Shown: positions 29,927 through 41,287 of the stretch, piece after piece | Numbering within the stretch: position 1 is the first letter of the stretch | Layout of the letters: every line of letters starts with the position of its first letter | DNA from: a virus | Virus record (IMG/VR): IMGVR_UViG_3300026484_000105 | Coordinates: 1 to 64,000 of that record | Direction: 5' to 3' (one strand) | Length of the DNA: 64,000 nt | Notes under the pieces: generated by a model | Seen by the model: only the letters and a program-made list of their open reading frames with translations | Database searches by the model: none | What the model was told of the DNA's origin: nothing | Position numbers and translations under genes: made by a program

Positions 29927-30958
29927 ATGGCAATATCTGATGATAGATTAAGTGTTCCTGGATCAGATACAATGTCTGGTACAGTTGTAGACTTCTTAAG
30001 TGCTAGTAATAGTACAGTAAATAAGAGTAAATCCATGCGTTATAAATTCGATAATGGTTTAGTTAAGACAACTACTGACAATAAAACTGTCAGTAGACTA
30101 TTTGATAACTTAAAGAATAGTTCTATAGCAAGTAATGTTGGTGTAAATGAACTTTCTGTTATGGCTGAATCTGCTATGCCCAACTTAGATAAGTTTACTT
30201 CTATTATGGGTTTACCTATAAGCAATAAGAATGGACTTAATGGTTTATTTACAGACTGTCCTCCTGGCAGCGGCTCAAACTATGATCAATGGTTGGCAAT
30301 GCTAATCGCATCTGGGTTAGGTAATAATGCTGACTGTTATGAGAACCCATTTATATCAATATTAAATAAAGTGGGAGCTATAGCAGATGGCGTTATAAAC
30401 GAGGTCATTAGTGGTAGTTTGGGTCCTGTTATGGGTAATGTAACTAATACACTTGCTGCCAATACTGATTCCATAAATTATCTAAAAGATATAGCTGCGA
30501 TATCGGGTAAATTAGGTATCTCCAATAATACAGGATTTGTATCTACTCTGAATTCATCCATAGCAGCAATAAATACAGGACCAATGGCCAAGACACATAT
30601 AGCTAGTGACCTCATAGATGACCTGTACGGCAAAAATATTAGTAAGACGAACATTTCATCGGTTAAAGGAAATAAGGTCATATCAGGGGCTTATAGTAAT
30701 AAATCAAAAAACAGGATTCCATCTATAGATACTACTACTACAAGAGTTGGTCCATTAAGAAAAGAAAATGTAATTTCAGGTCCAAGTCCAGATATGGATA
30801 ATTATTGTTCTATGAATCATTTTGAAAGAGTTACTTCATCAGCATCATCTAATGTTAAAGACCAATGTTACATGCAGGAAGATTTAAAAAAGAGTACTGA
30901 ACAAACTAATACTGGTAAGTGGGATAACAAATTAATATATTCAAAGAGATACGTATAA
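29927..30958 (+). CDS. hypothetical protein, probably virion-associated
   Basis: Ser/Asn/Gly-rich ORF with SD in the structural region. Confidence 0.55.
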   Translation: MAISDDRLSVPGSDTMSGTVVDFLSASNSTVNKSKSMRYKFDNGLVKTTTDNKTVSRLFDNLKNSSIASNVGVNELSVMAESAMPNLDKFTSIMGLPISNKNGLNGLFTDCPPGSGSNYDQWLAMLIASGLGNNADCYENPFISILNKVGAIADGVINEVISGSLGPVMGNVTNTLAANTDSINYLKDIAAISGKLGISNNTGFVSTLNSSIAAINTGPMAKTHIASDLIDDLYGKNISKTNISSVKGNKVISGAYSNKSKNRIPSIDTTTTRVGPLRKENVISGPSPDMDNYCSMNHFERVTSSASSNVKDQCYMQEDLKKSTEQTNTGKWDNKLIYSKRYV

Positions 30959-30987
30959 GACATATAGCAGACGCTATATGTCTTATA
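30954..30987. terminator. palindromic hairpin between convergent genes
   Basis: TATAAGACATATAGC-AGAC-GCTATATGTCTTATA. Confidence 0.8.
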
Positions 30988-30989
30988 GT

Positions 30990-33050
30990 TTAATTTCTAT
31001 CACTTAAAGATAAAGAATGATCTGCTAAAAACCCACCTACAGAACCCGTTAAAAAGTTACCTGCTCTAAATCCCCAATAAGCTGGTGACGTAGCGGCATC
31101 TATACTAAATTTAAGCTTAGATAATCTTATCTTTGCTTTAGGTAGCGCATACATATCTGTTAATAAATCTCTTGAAGCTAATGTTGATATATATTTACCA
31201 AAAATACTGTCCTCATTTATACCAGATTTAAACGCTCCAAATAGACTGGCATCAATAGGAGCTATCATCATTGTAGATAAATCAGTTATACTAAAACTAA
31301 TATCTAAAGCTAATGCTCTCTTTTGCTTGTTAAAGGCAAGATTAGATGTACCTCTTGTTACAGTTAGATCGGTTATCATACCCAACTTAACATTATGTAC
31401 CCCCTTCATAAACGCCTTACAAATAAACGGAGAAGTGTATGACGCTTTACCAGTAGACAAAGGCAATGTTCCAGCTAATATCATTGCTAATGGTATGTAA
31501 ATATTTTGTAACTGAGAAATAGTATTTCCATAAGGAGATATAAGTTTCATCGTATAATTTAACTTAGGTAACGAAGTACTACTATCCTCCCACATCTTAG
31601 GAACGTCTATATACGCACCACCAAATAGTGTTGGTATAATATTGCTTAGACCAAATGACATACTGTCTAAACCACCAACAGCGATATCCTTAACGGCATC
31701 AACAACATTCCCAGCACCATTAACCACATTCCCACCCGCAAATGAAAAGTTAGCGCTTCTAGCGGCTTTAGCCACGCTTTTTAATTTAGCTCCAGCTGGT
31801 ATATCAGTAACGGTATTTGAGAAACTTTCAGATACACTACCAACATAGTCAACCTTAAATATGGCATGTCCACCACCACCCCTAATTGCGCTAGAAAATG
31901 CATTAGTCGTATTATTATAATTCTTACTACTTTTCTCACTAGGAGTTTGTTCGTACGTACCGTCTTTTTTGACGTCCAATTGTTCTTTAGTTGGTTTTTC
32001 TTTAGATTCCTCACCTTCTTTCTTGGCATTATAATAATTACCAGTATCAGACATTAGTTTCTTCAACCACCCATTAAAACCAGTAGATGATTCTGGCATA
32101 ACTGGACCACTAACTGCTTCCTTAAATGCCTCTTCAGTACTAAATGATTCATGTGCTGCTCTTTCTATTTCAAGCTGCTTATTAGCCATAGCCTGTGCTC
32201 TTGTAGCTATAGCAAAAACATCTATATAATTATCATCACCTATTATATTGGGCATAATGTTATGTAATTCGGTCATATCTGCTTGATCTATTTTAACAGG
32301 CATACCTATATCACCAGTAGCCTGATCTGGCATCATAGTTGGTATTAAAACCCCCAATTCAGTTGCCATGCTCGATACTATCGTATTTACTGTTGACCAA
32401 TAAATATGCATAGCTGGATTTAAGTAATAGAAGTTAAACGAATCATCGCCTAATATGAGATTAGTTAAACCTTTAACTATCCATATACTAACGCTTACTA
32501 CAGGCAGCATTAAGAAGATAGCAACGTTACCAACCACCTGTCCTAACTCATACCATGCAGGACTTCTACCAGTACTAGCAATAACGGATGTTTTATAATC
32601 AATACTTCTAGTAAAGAAAGTAAATAGACTATTAAATTTAGGTACGCCAAATTCAAGATAAAGATTTTGCCCATTATCATCTATAGCTTCTGAATAGTAT
32701 CTACCCATACCTATATTACCTTTGGTAGTGGTAGTTACCTCTTTTCTATCCATACGTCTACCTTGTACACGTATATCTGCATATCTAGTAAATTGCGGTT
32801 TTGAGTTAATTCCAATGTTACCACCCATGGTAGTATCTGTAAATTTAATATCTGCTGTACTATGATATCTATTCTTTGCATGTAGTGGATCTAGGTCGGC
32901 ACCTGAAATCATAAATACAGATTGAAGCCAGTCTTTATCTATTTTATTAACTTTATCATTCATATTTTTGGTAGCTGTATTGTTCTTAAAAATTGGTTTA
33001 TCGTTTATCGTAATTAGTTTAGAATACGCTACTGCTTTTTCACCAGCCAT
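30990..33050 (-). CDS. conserved phiKZ-like virion/baseplate protein
   Basis: KFTDTTMGGN..IN.KPQFTRYAD, GMGRYYSEAIDD, FGVPKFNSL, DVPKMWEDS...LISPYGN, SYTSPF. Confidence 0.7.
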   Translation of the reverse strand: MAGEKAVAYSKLITINDKPIFKNNTATKNMNDKVNKIDKDWLQSVFMISGADLDPLHAKNRYHSTADIKFTDTTMGGNIGINSKPQFTRYADIRVQGRRMDRKEVTTTTKGNIGMGRYYSEAIDDNGQNLYLEFGVPKFNSLFTFFTRSIDYKTSVIASTGRSPAWYELGQVVGNVAIFLMLPVVSVSIWIVKGLTNLILGDDSFNFYYLNPAMHIYWSTVNTIVSSMATELGVLIPTMMPDQATGDIGMPVKIDQADMTELHNIMPNIIGDDNYIDVFAIATRAQAMANKQLEIERAAHESFSTEEAFKEAVSGPVMPESSTGFNGWLKKLMSDTGNYYNAKKEGEESKEKPTKEQLDVKKDGTYEQTPSEKSSKNYNNTTNAFSSAIRGGGGHAIFKVDYVGSVSESFSNTVTDIPAGAKLKSVAKAARSANFSFAGGNVVNGAGNVVDAVKDIAVGGLDSMSFGLSNIIPTLFGGAYIDVPKMWEDSSTSLPKLNYTMKLISPYGNTISQLQNIYIPLAMILAGTLPLSTGKASYTSPFICKAFMKGVHNVKLGMITDLTVTRGTSNLAFNKQKRALALDISFSITDLSTMMIAPIDASLFGAFKSGINEDSIFGKYISTLASRDLLTDMYALPKAKIRLSKLKFSIDAATSPAYWGFRAGNFLTGSVGGFLADHSLSLSDRN

Positions 33051-33098
33051 ATAGACTCCTTTTATTTATATCAATAAATTGCAATAGGTTTATTAATA

Positions 33099-33130
33099 GT
33101 TATTACTGTGGAATTAACCACAGTAATAAC
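33099..33130 (-). terminator. hairpin after the protease gene
   Basis: GTTATTACTGTGG-AATTAA-CCACAGTAATAAC. Confidence 0.75.
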
Positions 33131-33900
33131 TACCATTCATGTACTATACAGCTATTGTTTTTACTGCAATCAAATATATTTATAAGTGCACCTAATACCT
33201 CTTTGGAATCCTCAGTAGCAACTGTTTCTTCATCTTTTAGATTTTTCACTATTTTTTCTTTCGTTTCAGTATCTTCCATATCTATGGTTAAAAGATCTAA
33301 TGATTCAATGCCTAATGTTTGCCACTTTGTAGCTTTACTTAAACCTGGCTCAATAACAAAATCCCATGTAATAACTTGTTTAAGAACCTTGATAACTGTT
33401 CCATTAATAAGGGTATCTGTAGTAAGACTTCTTATTGAAAAAGCTACATTTGCATCAGGATCCTCAAATAGTTCTTTAAGAAATTCAGATTTGGGACCAA
33501 CAGGTTTTACTTTACCTTTTATAAGTACTAAGTTACCATCTGCACCAGGCTCTACCTCAGAAGTTTCTTCTAACCAAATCTCCTTAATTTGCGCACAAAC
33601 ATTTTCAGGATTTATAGTTAAGATTCGATTCATGTAATCGCTCATAGTCATACTAGGAGATTTCTTTGGATGTCCAACTTCAGCTTTCAAAAAGCCATTC
33701 TTAACTCTGCGCATAAGTATACTATTTGCTTCAAATAGGGTTTTAGCTCCATCTAACCTATAATAGGCTCCAGCAGAATTATATGTATTTAATGCACCAA
33801 GGTTAATTGTATAGTAACCATTTTCATCACATTCTAATTCTTTATTCTTTATTTTTTTAATAGCTTTAATACTACTAAATACAACTTTATTAGTACTCAC
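33130..33900 (-). CDS. prohead/head maturation protease (phiKZ gp175-like)
   Basis: GYYTINLGALN, EVGHP (His), AFSIRS (Ser), TWDFVIEPG. Confidence 0.85.
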   Translation of the reverse strand: MSTNKVVFSSIKAIKKIKNKELECDENGYYTINLGALNTYNSAGAYYRLDGAKTLFEANSILMRRVKNGFLKAEVGHPKKSPSMTMSDYMNRILTINPENVCAQIKEIWLEETSEVEPGADGNLVLIKGKVKPVGPKSEFLKELFEDPDANVAFSIRSLTTDTLINGTVIKVLKQVITWDFVIEPGLSKATKWQTLGIESLDLLTIDMEDTETKEKIVKNLKDEETVATEDSKEVLGALINIFDCSKNNSCIVHEW

Positions 33901-33910
33901 TAATTCCCCT

Positions 33911-34117
33911 TTATTTTATTGTTGGATATAGTAACCAAGATATCATTATAATATTATATAATAAAGCAGGAAGATGAATTAAGATTCCTGATCTTCCAGT
34001 AGTTTTATAAACATTAAATGTAATATGGAAACTGTAATTTTTATATATTGAGTACAATTCCAAAAGGAAAAGTATACTCAAAATTAATGGCATTATATAT
34101 AGTAGTATAACATCCAT
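33911..34117 (-). CDS. small membrane protein (two hydrophobic segments)
   Basis: 68 aa filling the gap between the gp175-like and gp176-like genes. Confidence 0.55.
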   Translation of the reverse strand: MDVILLYIMPLILSILFLLELYSIYKNYSFHITFNVYKTTGRSGILIHLPALLYNIIMISWLLYPTIK

Positions 34118-34120
34118 AAT

Positions 34121-34852
34121 CTAAGCCTTTATCATATCTTCAACAGCATTTGATTCTGTTTCTTTGTTAACTAAAGCACTGGTTATCCCATCTTTAAAAT
34201 AAGACCCACTTAATTTGGACATTGTACTTGTAAAGCTGTAGTAAATATTTAATAAAGCGATGAACGCAGGATTATTCTTTCTTAGGACACTCATATCCTT
34301 AGCCAACTTTCTGAATAATACAGTTTTATCATTTTTATCTCTAGCAATAATAGAAGCAAGTACCTCCATAGCTAATGGATTATCACCAATATTGGTACCA
34401 GCGTATTTACTAGACAGTTTAAATAAATTTGAAAGATCTTCATAATTCAAGTACCAAGGTATATTACCATGTATAAAGAGTTCATCAAATAACTCATAAA
34501 TATTTCCATTTCTTATAATCAAACTAGTATTAGTTATAAATATGTCCCCTTTCGAGAATTCCAATACAGTATATGATTTTCCATCCACTTCGACCTCAGT
34601 GGTCATATTTGGACTAAGTTCAACCATGATGGGAGCATTTACTACAGCATAATTGTCATTCTCATCGATAATAGTATAAATGGAGAGTACCGTAACGGTA
34701 TCCCCCATAATAGCTAAACCCTTATTTATATATCTAGACGGAAACATCACCTTAATATCCGCAGTAGTCTTTAAACTACTACCAACTTTCTTTATATAAC
34801 TACTTATAACGTTTGGTTTACGTTTAAGGTTTCTTATTAAAAAGGGTTTCAT
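34121..34852 (-). CDS. conserved phiKZ gp176-like protein
   Basis: Synteny; GNIPWYLNYEDL, KLSGSYF..G..SAL. Confidence 0.65.
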   Translation of the reverse strand: MKPFLIRNLKRKPNVISSYIKKVGSSLKTTADIKVMFPSRYINKGLAIMGDTVTVLSIYTIIDENDNYAVVNAPIMVELSPNMTTEVEVDGKSYTVLEFSKGDIFITNTSLIIRNGNIYELFDELFIHGNIPWYLNYEDLSNLFKLSSKYAGTNIGDNPLAMEVLASIIARDKNDKTVLFRKLAKDMSVLRKNNPAFIALLNIYYSFTSTMSKLSGSYFKDGITSALVNKETESNAVEDMIKA

Positions 34853-34863
34853 ATATTTTCCTT

Positions 34864-36186
34864 CTATTTCACCTTAACCTGTGTTAATAGGTAATCTATA
34901 ATTAAGTCAATACTTGCATATGTAGCAGCTTCTTTAGCAGTTAACTTATTATTCATTTTAGAATAATGTTTCATATACGTTAAGAATTTAAATGTGTTGG
35001 TATTCCTAAAGATAATTTTACCTATAATATACTCTACCATTTCATTTACTTCAAAAATATCCATGTATGGAATGCTGTTCATATATTCAATAAGCAAGTT
35101 TGAATAGTTAGTTTTAACTTCATCATCTATTTGCTCATTTAGACTATTAGATAAATAGTTGGTCATGATATCGTCTAATGCAAATCTATATGCCATTCTA
35201 TATGTCTCTAATGTAGCCATTTTGTTTCTAACCATTTCATTAGATACATATTTATTCCACTCTGCTAAGAAATCATCTTTCTTTTCTTTAAGAGTAGGAA
35301 GACTAGCAGTTTTAAGACCTTTAAGAACAGCGCCATATATAACTTCTGGTTCACCATCTTCAGCTAGAAACTTATCATAAGATTCTTTTATAACTACTAT
35401 AGAATTAATACCATCTGCTTTATAAATAACTTTACCTATAGCAGCATTAGCTTTTAATAAATTAACTAGACTCATAATTTTAGCATCTATTACAGCATTT
35501 AGCGTCATTACAACACCATCATATGTCCCAGGGGTTGCTCTAACGCCAGTAGGAACTTCATGGATAAGATTTTTAACTATAACTGCTAGTACAAAAAGAT
35601 CCATAGCAAAACGATCATTATGTACTTTAGTACCAAGGCTAAGATAATTAGTGTTATCAGATGTAATCCTATTTAAATAGGTTTCCCATATTCTTATAAG
35701 ATCATTATCAGTTATAGTTGCTGCGTGGCTCTTAATTAAAGCGTCCATTTGACCGCCACCACCTTTTAAGTAACTCCTAATTATAGAAACCTCAGGAGTA
35801 GGAATGATAAGAGCAGTGTTACTCAGTTGATTTATTTTGGAACCATCTTTGTTTATCATACCTCTGTTAATCATCTCCTCTATTACCTCTGGTATCTCAG
35901 CTGTAATGATCTTAACATTATTAAATAAAGATTTATCTTTAGTTTTCCCAACTATATCATTTACTTTTTTACCAAGTTCTTTCATTGTAGGTATGATATT
36001 ATCTTTTATGTTAGATATTTCATTACCAAGAACAGCAGCTATTCTAATATCTATTCCTTCGAGTCCGTTGCTGTCTATAACAGATGCAGGGTTTAAGATA
36101 GTTAAAATACTACCAGGATAAGTAGTTAGGGTTTTATTGTTTCTATCTAATTCAGTAGCTATTGCTTTTAAGGTTTCTTTGCTCAT
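34864..36186 (-). CDS. conserved phiKZ gp177-like protein
   Basis: Synteny between gp176-like and vRNAP beta; C-terminal EAATYA..DLIIDYL. Confidence 0.55.
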   Translation of the reverse strand: MSKETLKAIATELDRNNKTLTTYPGSILTILNPASVIDSNGLEGIDIRIAAVLGNEISNIKDNIIPTMKELGKKVNDIVGKTKDKSLFNNVKIITAEIPEVIEEMINRGMINKDGSKINQLSNTALIIPTPEVSIIRSYLKGGGGQMDALIKSHAATITDNDLIRIWETYLNRITSDNTNYLSLGTKVHNDRFAMDLFVLAVIVKNLIHEVPTGVRATPGTYDGVVMTLNAVIDAKIMSLVNLLKANAAIGKVIYKADGINSIVVIKESYDKFLAEDGEPEVIYGAVLKGLKTASLPTLKEKKDDFLAEWNKYVSNEMVRNKMATLETYRMAYRFALDDIMTNYLSNSLNEQIDDEVKTNYSNLLIEYMNSIPYMDIFEVNEMVEYIIGKIIFRNTNTFKFLTYMKHYSKMNNKLTAKEAATYASIDLIIDYLLTQVKVK

Positions 36187-36198
36187 TATTTACTCCTA

Positions 36199-36408
36199 TT
36201 AGTTTTGTAAAAGACTATTTTTTAATTTTATAGAAACTATGTTAGAAACCATACTAGTGTTGTTTTCTAATTCTTCTATAGTTTTGGGACTATATAGAAC
36301 ATCATCTTTGCTAGATGTTAGTCTATTGATGGTACTTGTAGCTATTTTGGCAATCATAATGATCATGGCCTCATTTTGTGATATTGGTTCTTTACTACTA
36401 ACTTTCAT
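36199..36408 (-). CDS. small hypothetical protein
   Basis: AAGGAG SD; upstream AATGA motif. Confidence 0.55.
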   Translation of the reverse strand: MKVSSKEPISQNEAMIIMIAKIATSTINRLTSSKDDVLYSPKTIEELENNTSMVSNIVSIKLKNSLLQN

Positions 36409-36440
36409 TATATCTCCTTTTATATTTACATTTCATTAAA

Positions 36441-36465
36441 ATGGTATTGGGACAACCAATACCAT
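36441..36465 (-). terminator. hairpin after the vRNAP beta gene
   Basis: ATGGTATTGG-GACAA-CCAATACCAT. Confidence 0.7.
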
Positions 36466-36469
36466 GCTG

Positions 36470-39400
36470 TTAATTAAAATACATCTCAACCGCTTTATCG
36501 CGTATGATGTTAAGTAATGTACTTGTAGTACCAACAATATTTGGACTACTAACTATCCTAGCGGCTATAGATCTACTGGAAAACATAGCCTCAACTTCTA
36601 TGCCATCTTCGGTTTTTATATCATAATTAAACACATCCCCAATAGTTGTTTTAAGCTGATGTCCAATAATAGCTTTATCACCTACACCCATACCTACTTC
36701 ATCTTTTATGCTAATTTTTATTTCAACATTTCCTTCAGTAAGAGGATTGCCTTTTATAGAGTAAGAGCTATTAACTTTACCAGTTATTGTTTTATTCATA
36801 TTCTCATCAGCAATTAGTTTATTGGAAGCCTTTACTAATTCTTTTAAAGTGGGACTCAGATCCTCTGTATCGCAATTATAATAAACAGTTATCTTAGTTA
36901 TAATGCCACGCATCTTAGCTTTTGGACTTCTATTTTTAATATTTTGTAGAACCTGTAAAGACTCTTTATCGAGATTACGCTTATCTATAAAATCATTACC
37001 ATCACTTATAGTAAATAAAAGATTATTGGGTTCAACCTTATCTTTTAGTTTAACTATATTCAATATTTCATCTGTAGCTTTAACTATGAAACTCTTGGAC
37101 TTAATTATACTAGTACCTAACCTATTAGTCGTCTTTGACGAAATTGTACAAGAATCCTCATATGTTTCAGTATTCTCCATAAGACCAACTTTTACGGTAG
37201 TACCAGTTTTATAAATAACTCTAGTGCTATCAAAAATATCTGGTTCAAAAAACTGTTTGTCGTACGAAATGGTGTTGCCATTCTTAAATACGTCGCCTAC
37301 CTTTAGATCGGTTATAATTGTATGTAAATAAGAAACGCCAGCTTCTTCTTTGGTATTCCACTCACCAAGTTTAACGTTCACTATCTTACCACTTTTATAT
37401 TTTATCTTAATATATGATTTTTTAACCTCCATAACTATACCATCTTCTTTAGCCATATAACAATAGTTCATATCTAGTTTATATGGTAAGATTGCTTCAT
37501 GTCCAGTTCTTACAGCAGGAACCCTCATCTCGCTCATACCTATAGTATGACTATTCTGAATATTAATAAAGTTTACATTATCTTTACATAGATCGTTACT
37601 CTATGCGATACAGTTATAAATATTTAAATCAGTAATTAATTTATAATTACATCTCATAAATAACCCCTATATGTTAATACTGTGTATTCATATAAAGCTT
37701 GTGATTAACCGTATCTCTATGGGATTTCCCCATATGATGAGACTATATCTTCAACCAATGTTATCATCTCATTGGCTGTAAACCATTTCCATTTAAAGGA
37801 TGTCTCCTACCTACATTTAGGCCGTACTCCCAATTGCGGGATAGTCGTTGAACACATACCTTTAATAAGGTACTTCGCTGCGGATCACCAATTACAATCA
37901 CAGTGACATTAATTACAACTAACTACTGATAAGGTAGCCTTGAACATTAACATTTGATCTTGCTGACTACTTAAAGCCATACATATATCTTTTACTATAC
38001 CCTAGTGGTTAGCTAGGCCCCAGACTCTTCATCCTCATGTTACCATGGTCTGGTTAGTGTATATGTCTTTACGGTTTCCCCGTCAATTAGATTTATTTAT
38101 TTTTACAACCATTACTGATTGCCGAAGCTAAAATTAACCTCTTTGGATCATCATTTGTGCTGGCAGGAGCCAATAAGGCACTTGTTGATAGGTAATTTTC
38201 AGGTTTAAGTTTGCCCTTATCAGTATCAACCATACCTCTAACAGTGTTTAATTTCGGACTAGCAGACATATACGCAGATACAGCAACATCACCACTATCT
38301 TTAACTCCCTCTGAAATAACACCTATTTCACTACTATGGATAACCCTTGTGTCCATAGACATACTTTCTTTAGACCTACCTCCAGAACCAAGGAATGTAA
38401 CATCCTCATTTTGCTTAAGCGATGCTATTGGGTTTAGATTATCAACTAACATTGAAGTACTGTCATCATTTATGTCTCTCCAAACTGCAAAAGGAGCCAT
38501 AGTGATCTTAGCCTTAGAAAAGACATTCTTATTTTCAAAATCCCTTATACTCTTAATAAGTTCTGTGTATAACATTCCAGATACACGCTCATAACCTTTT
38601 ATAAGCATTCCGTTGGCATTGTTTGGATTTATATAATTATTATCCAATAATAACTCAGCGGCTCTTATCAATAGCCCCTTAAATGTTTTTGGTTCCTTTA
38701 TGATTTCAAGAATAGATTCGGTTATAGGATCTACAAACATATCTTCCATTAACTTAATCTCATTAACATATAGAGGACTTAAGTCCATGTTATTAAAAAG
38801 TATAGGAAAGGATTCTTTTTTATCTAATAGACCATAATCAATATCCTTAAGTATTTTTGCCATTGTAGTAAACCCACCAAATATTAGAGTAGCTAGTTTA
38901 TCGTTCCTCGTTAACACTATCTTCTTATCCTTGAAGGTAACGACGTACTCATCTGGTTTTAAACTATAACGCTCTGTTCTTTTAAGAACGGTGTGCTTTG
39001 CTCTTAATAATTTTAAAAGACTAGTTATACCAAGATAATATGATAATAGTATAGCTATAGGTAGTCTCTTTTTAAATATCTTTATAACTACTGTTTCTAT
39101 AGGCATGCTAGAAGTATCTATGCCTAACTGTTCAAAAATATTAGGTAACTCTTTTAGTTTAGAACCGTTAGCTTCATACAGATTGTTATCGAAATCCATT
39201 AGAATTGGTAAACTATTAGCTGATGATCCAACAATTACATATTTACCATTTTGTTCTATGATAATGGTTTTAGCCTTAATATTCTTAACAAGATCTCTAC
39301 GATTCTTATAATCAAAGCTATATTTGTTCTTACCTACATTAAACATTCTTATATATTTACCAATATACGCATATAGATTTGGTACTTTTACATCCATTAG

Positions 39401-41191
39401 TTTAACTGGCATTAAAACAACATTGGATATAGTCTTATTAGTTTCCGTACTAGCTATAAGTTTCTTTCTAAACCAAAAACCAATATCATCTTTTTTCATA
39501 TCAGCCTTAGTTATAAATGACTTACCAAAATAACTAGTTAACGCAACCTTATTAGAATCTATCTTTCTTATAGGTTTATCGGTTCTTTGTTTGCGCATTT
39601 TATACGTATTGCCAGAAACTTTAAATTCACCATTTTCATTTATAACAGGAATCTTAAATACTAACTTACTTGGCTTGCCAGTAAGGGGTTTAATATCTAT
39701 AGTATGCGTTTCAACTCCACCCAATACAGTATTGTCTATCTCTACAGTATGGTCTTTTATAACTATATCAGCATTTTGTATAGAGTATATAGTTCTTGTT
39801 ATATCCTTAACAAAAATATTCTTTATATAATGTCTGTCCATAGCTCTTATTGGATTTTTTAATGAGGATTTATCTTTAATTATATTTATATCTGGGATAA
39901 CAGCATCCTCCTCAGGTATCTTTAGATCGCCATCTGTTATAGTAAGTAACTCTTTTAATGATTTACCATCTCCATAAGGCGATTTAGCTCGTTGTTGATG
40001 TTCCAAAGCAGCCTTGAGGTTTTCAGTTTCCTTTTTAGAAAGAAGTTTATTTTCAGACAGTACATCTATCTGTTTATTTAATTTTAATACCTGATCTATA
40101 TCCTCATTCTTTATATCTGATAGAGATTTAAATTCAGATTCTATATCGTCTACAAATTCCTTAGCTGCATCAACAGACATTATCTCATCACTTATCCTAT
40201 TATAATCAATCTCTTGCTCATCTACCTCAAAGTCACTGTTTAAGATCGCATCAGGATCTATAACCTCTTTAGTATCATCCACATCAGTTATGGCATCAAT
40301 ATCTTTATTATCTAGATTATTCTTCAATTCGCCTATAGTCATCGCCCCATTGACAGTTAATTTTTTTAAGAAGATTAGGAACATCTTTCTTAAAGTTTTA
40401 GCATCAACTTTTTGTATAGGACTATGTACATCATATTCCCTAACAGCAGATATCAACTTATATAAATTTAATAATGTTAATTTATTATTATAAACAAACA
40501 TAAGAGTTATATTGTTGGTATTAGATAATTTTACATCATTAAGTAATGATTTCCTTAAAAGTTCAGGTGTTAGATATCTCCATATCTCTAACAGATTCAA
40601 ATGTTTAGGCGTCGGAAAGTGCTCCAATACTAAATGGTTTTCTAATTTGGTATACTTTTCAAAATGAACTACATCAGGTATATTGGCTGGTACCTCTAAC
40701 ATAATATACGTATGTCTTGTATTCGTACTTAAAACCGATAGTTGTTCAGTCATGGTTTTGAATGCATTTCTCCATTTGTGATATTGCATCATTGGGTTAG
40801 GTCTGTAATGATGTACTGCATTTAAAGCTCCATAGTTATAAATTAGTAGTGTATTTTTAGATACCTTTAAAGTTTTATATAATGGATTTAAAAACTTAAT
40901 ATTGAGATTATTCTTTTTAAAATCCTTTATTATGTTCTTTATCTTTAATGTTTTAAAGTTAAAATTACCTATAGGCGATTTATATTCATATATAGTAGCT
41001 ATTATAGGTTTGCTTGAATTTTTTAAATAACCTAAATCTAAAGATGGGCATACTGGTACATCACTTACCTTAAACCATACTAATTCAGAGTTTTTTGGGA
41101 ACACCATTTCCGTATCTAAAATTATATTCGGATTAATGAATTGGTTTATTTTACGAACGCCAACACTTCTATACAGTTGATCATGTGTCAT
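36470..41191 (-). CDS. virion RNA polymerase beta subunit (phiKZ gp178-like), spliced: exon 1 41191-38137, exon 2 37575-36470, 1386 aa
   Basis: Splicing gives DDPKRLNFINIQNSH..VRTG; also GSGGRS, GVISEGVKDSGDV, TYEDS, GVGDK...QLKT. Confidence 0.9.
37576..38136 (-). ncRNA. group I self-splicing intron (561 nt, no ORF)
   Basis: 5' exon ends in U, intron ends in G. P1 GAGGU/GCUUC with U-G wobble; P2 CAAUCA-GUAA-UGGUUG; P AAUUGACGGGGAAA; Q GAUCCGCAGCG; R GUUCAACGACUAU; S AAGAUAUAGUC. Frame is restored. Confidence 0.93.
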
Positions 41192-41287
41192 ATTTATATC
41201 CTTTTATTGTAGTTTTCAAAGAAACCCTTAACAAATAACTTTTATAATGCCAGCAGATAAATGAAATAAAAGATAAAAGGAAAATAA

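Noticed and set aside
36470-41191. vRNAP beta as two natural split subunits or a pseudogene
   Set aside because: The gap holds a complete group I core, and precise U/G splice sites restore the frame and a conserved motif.
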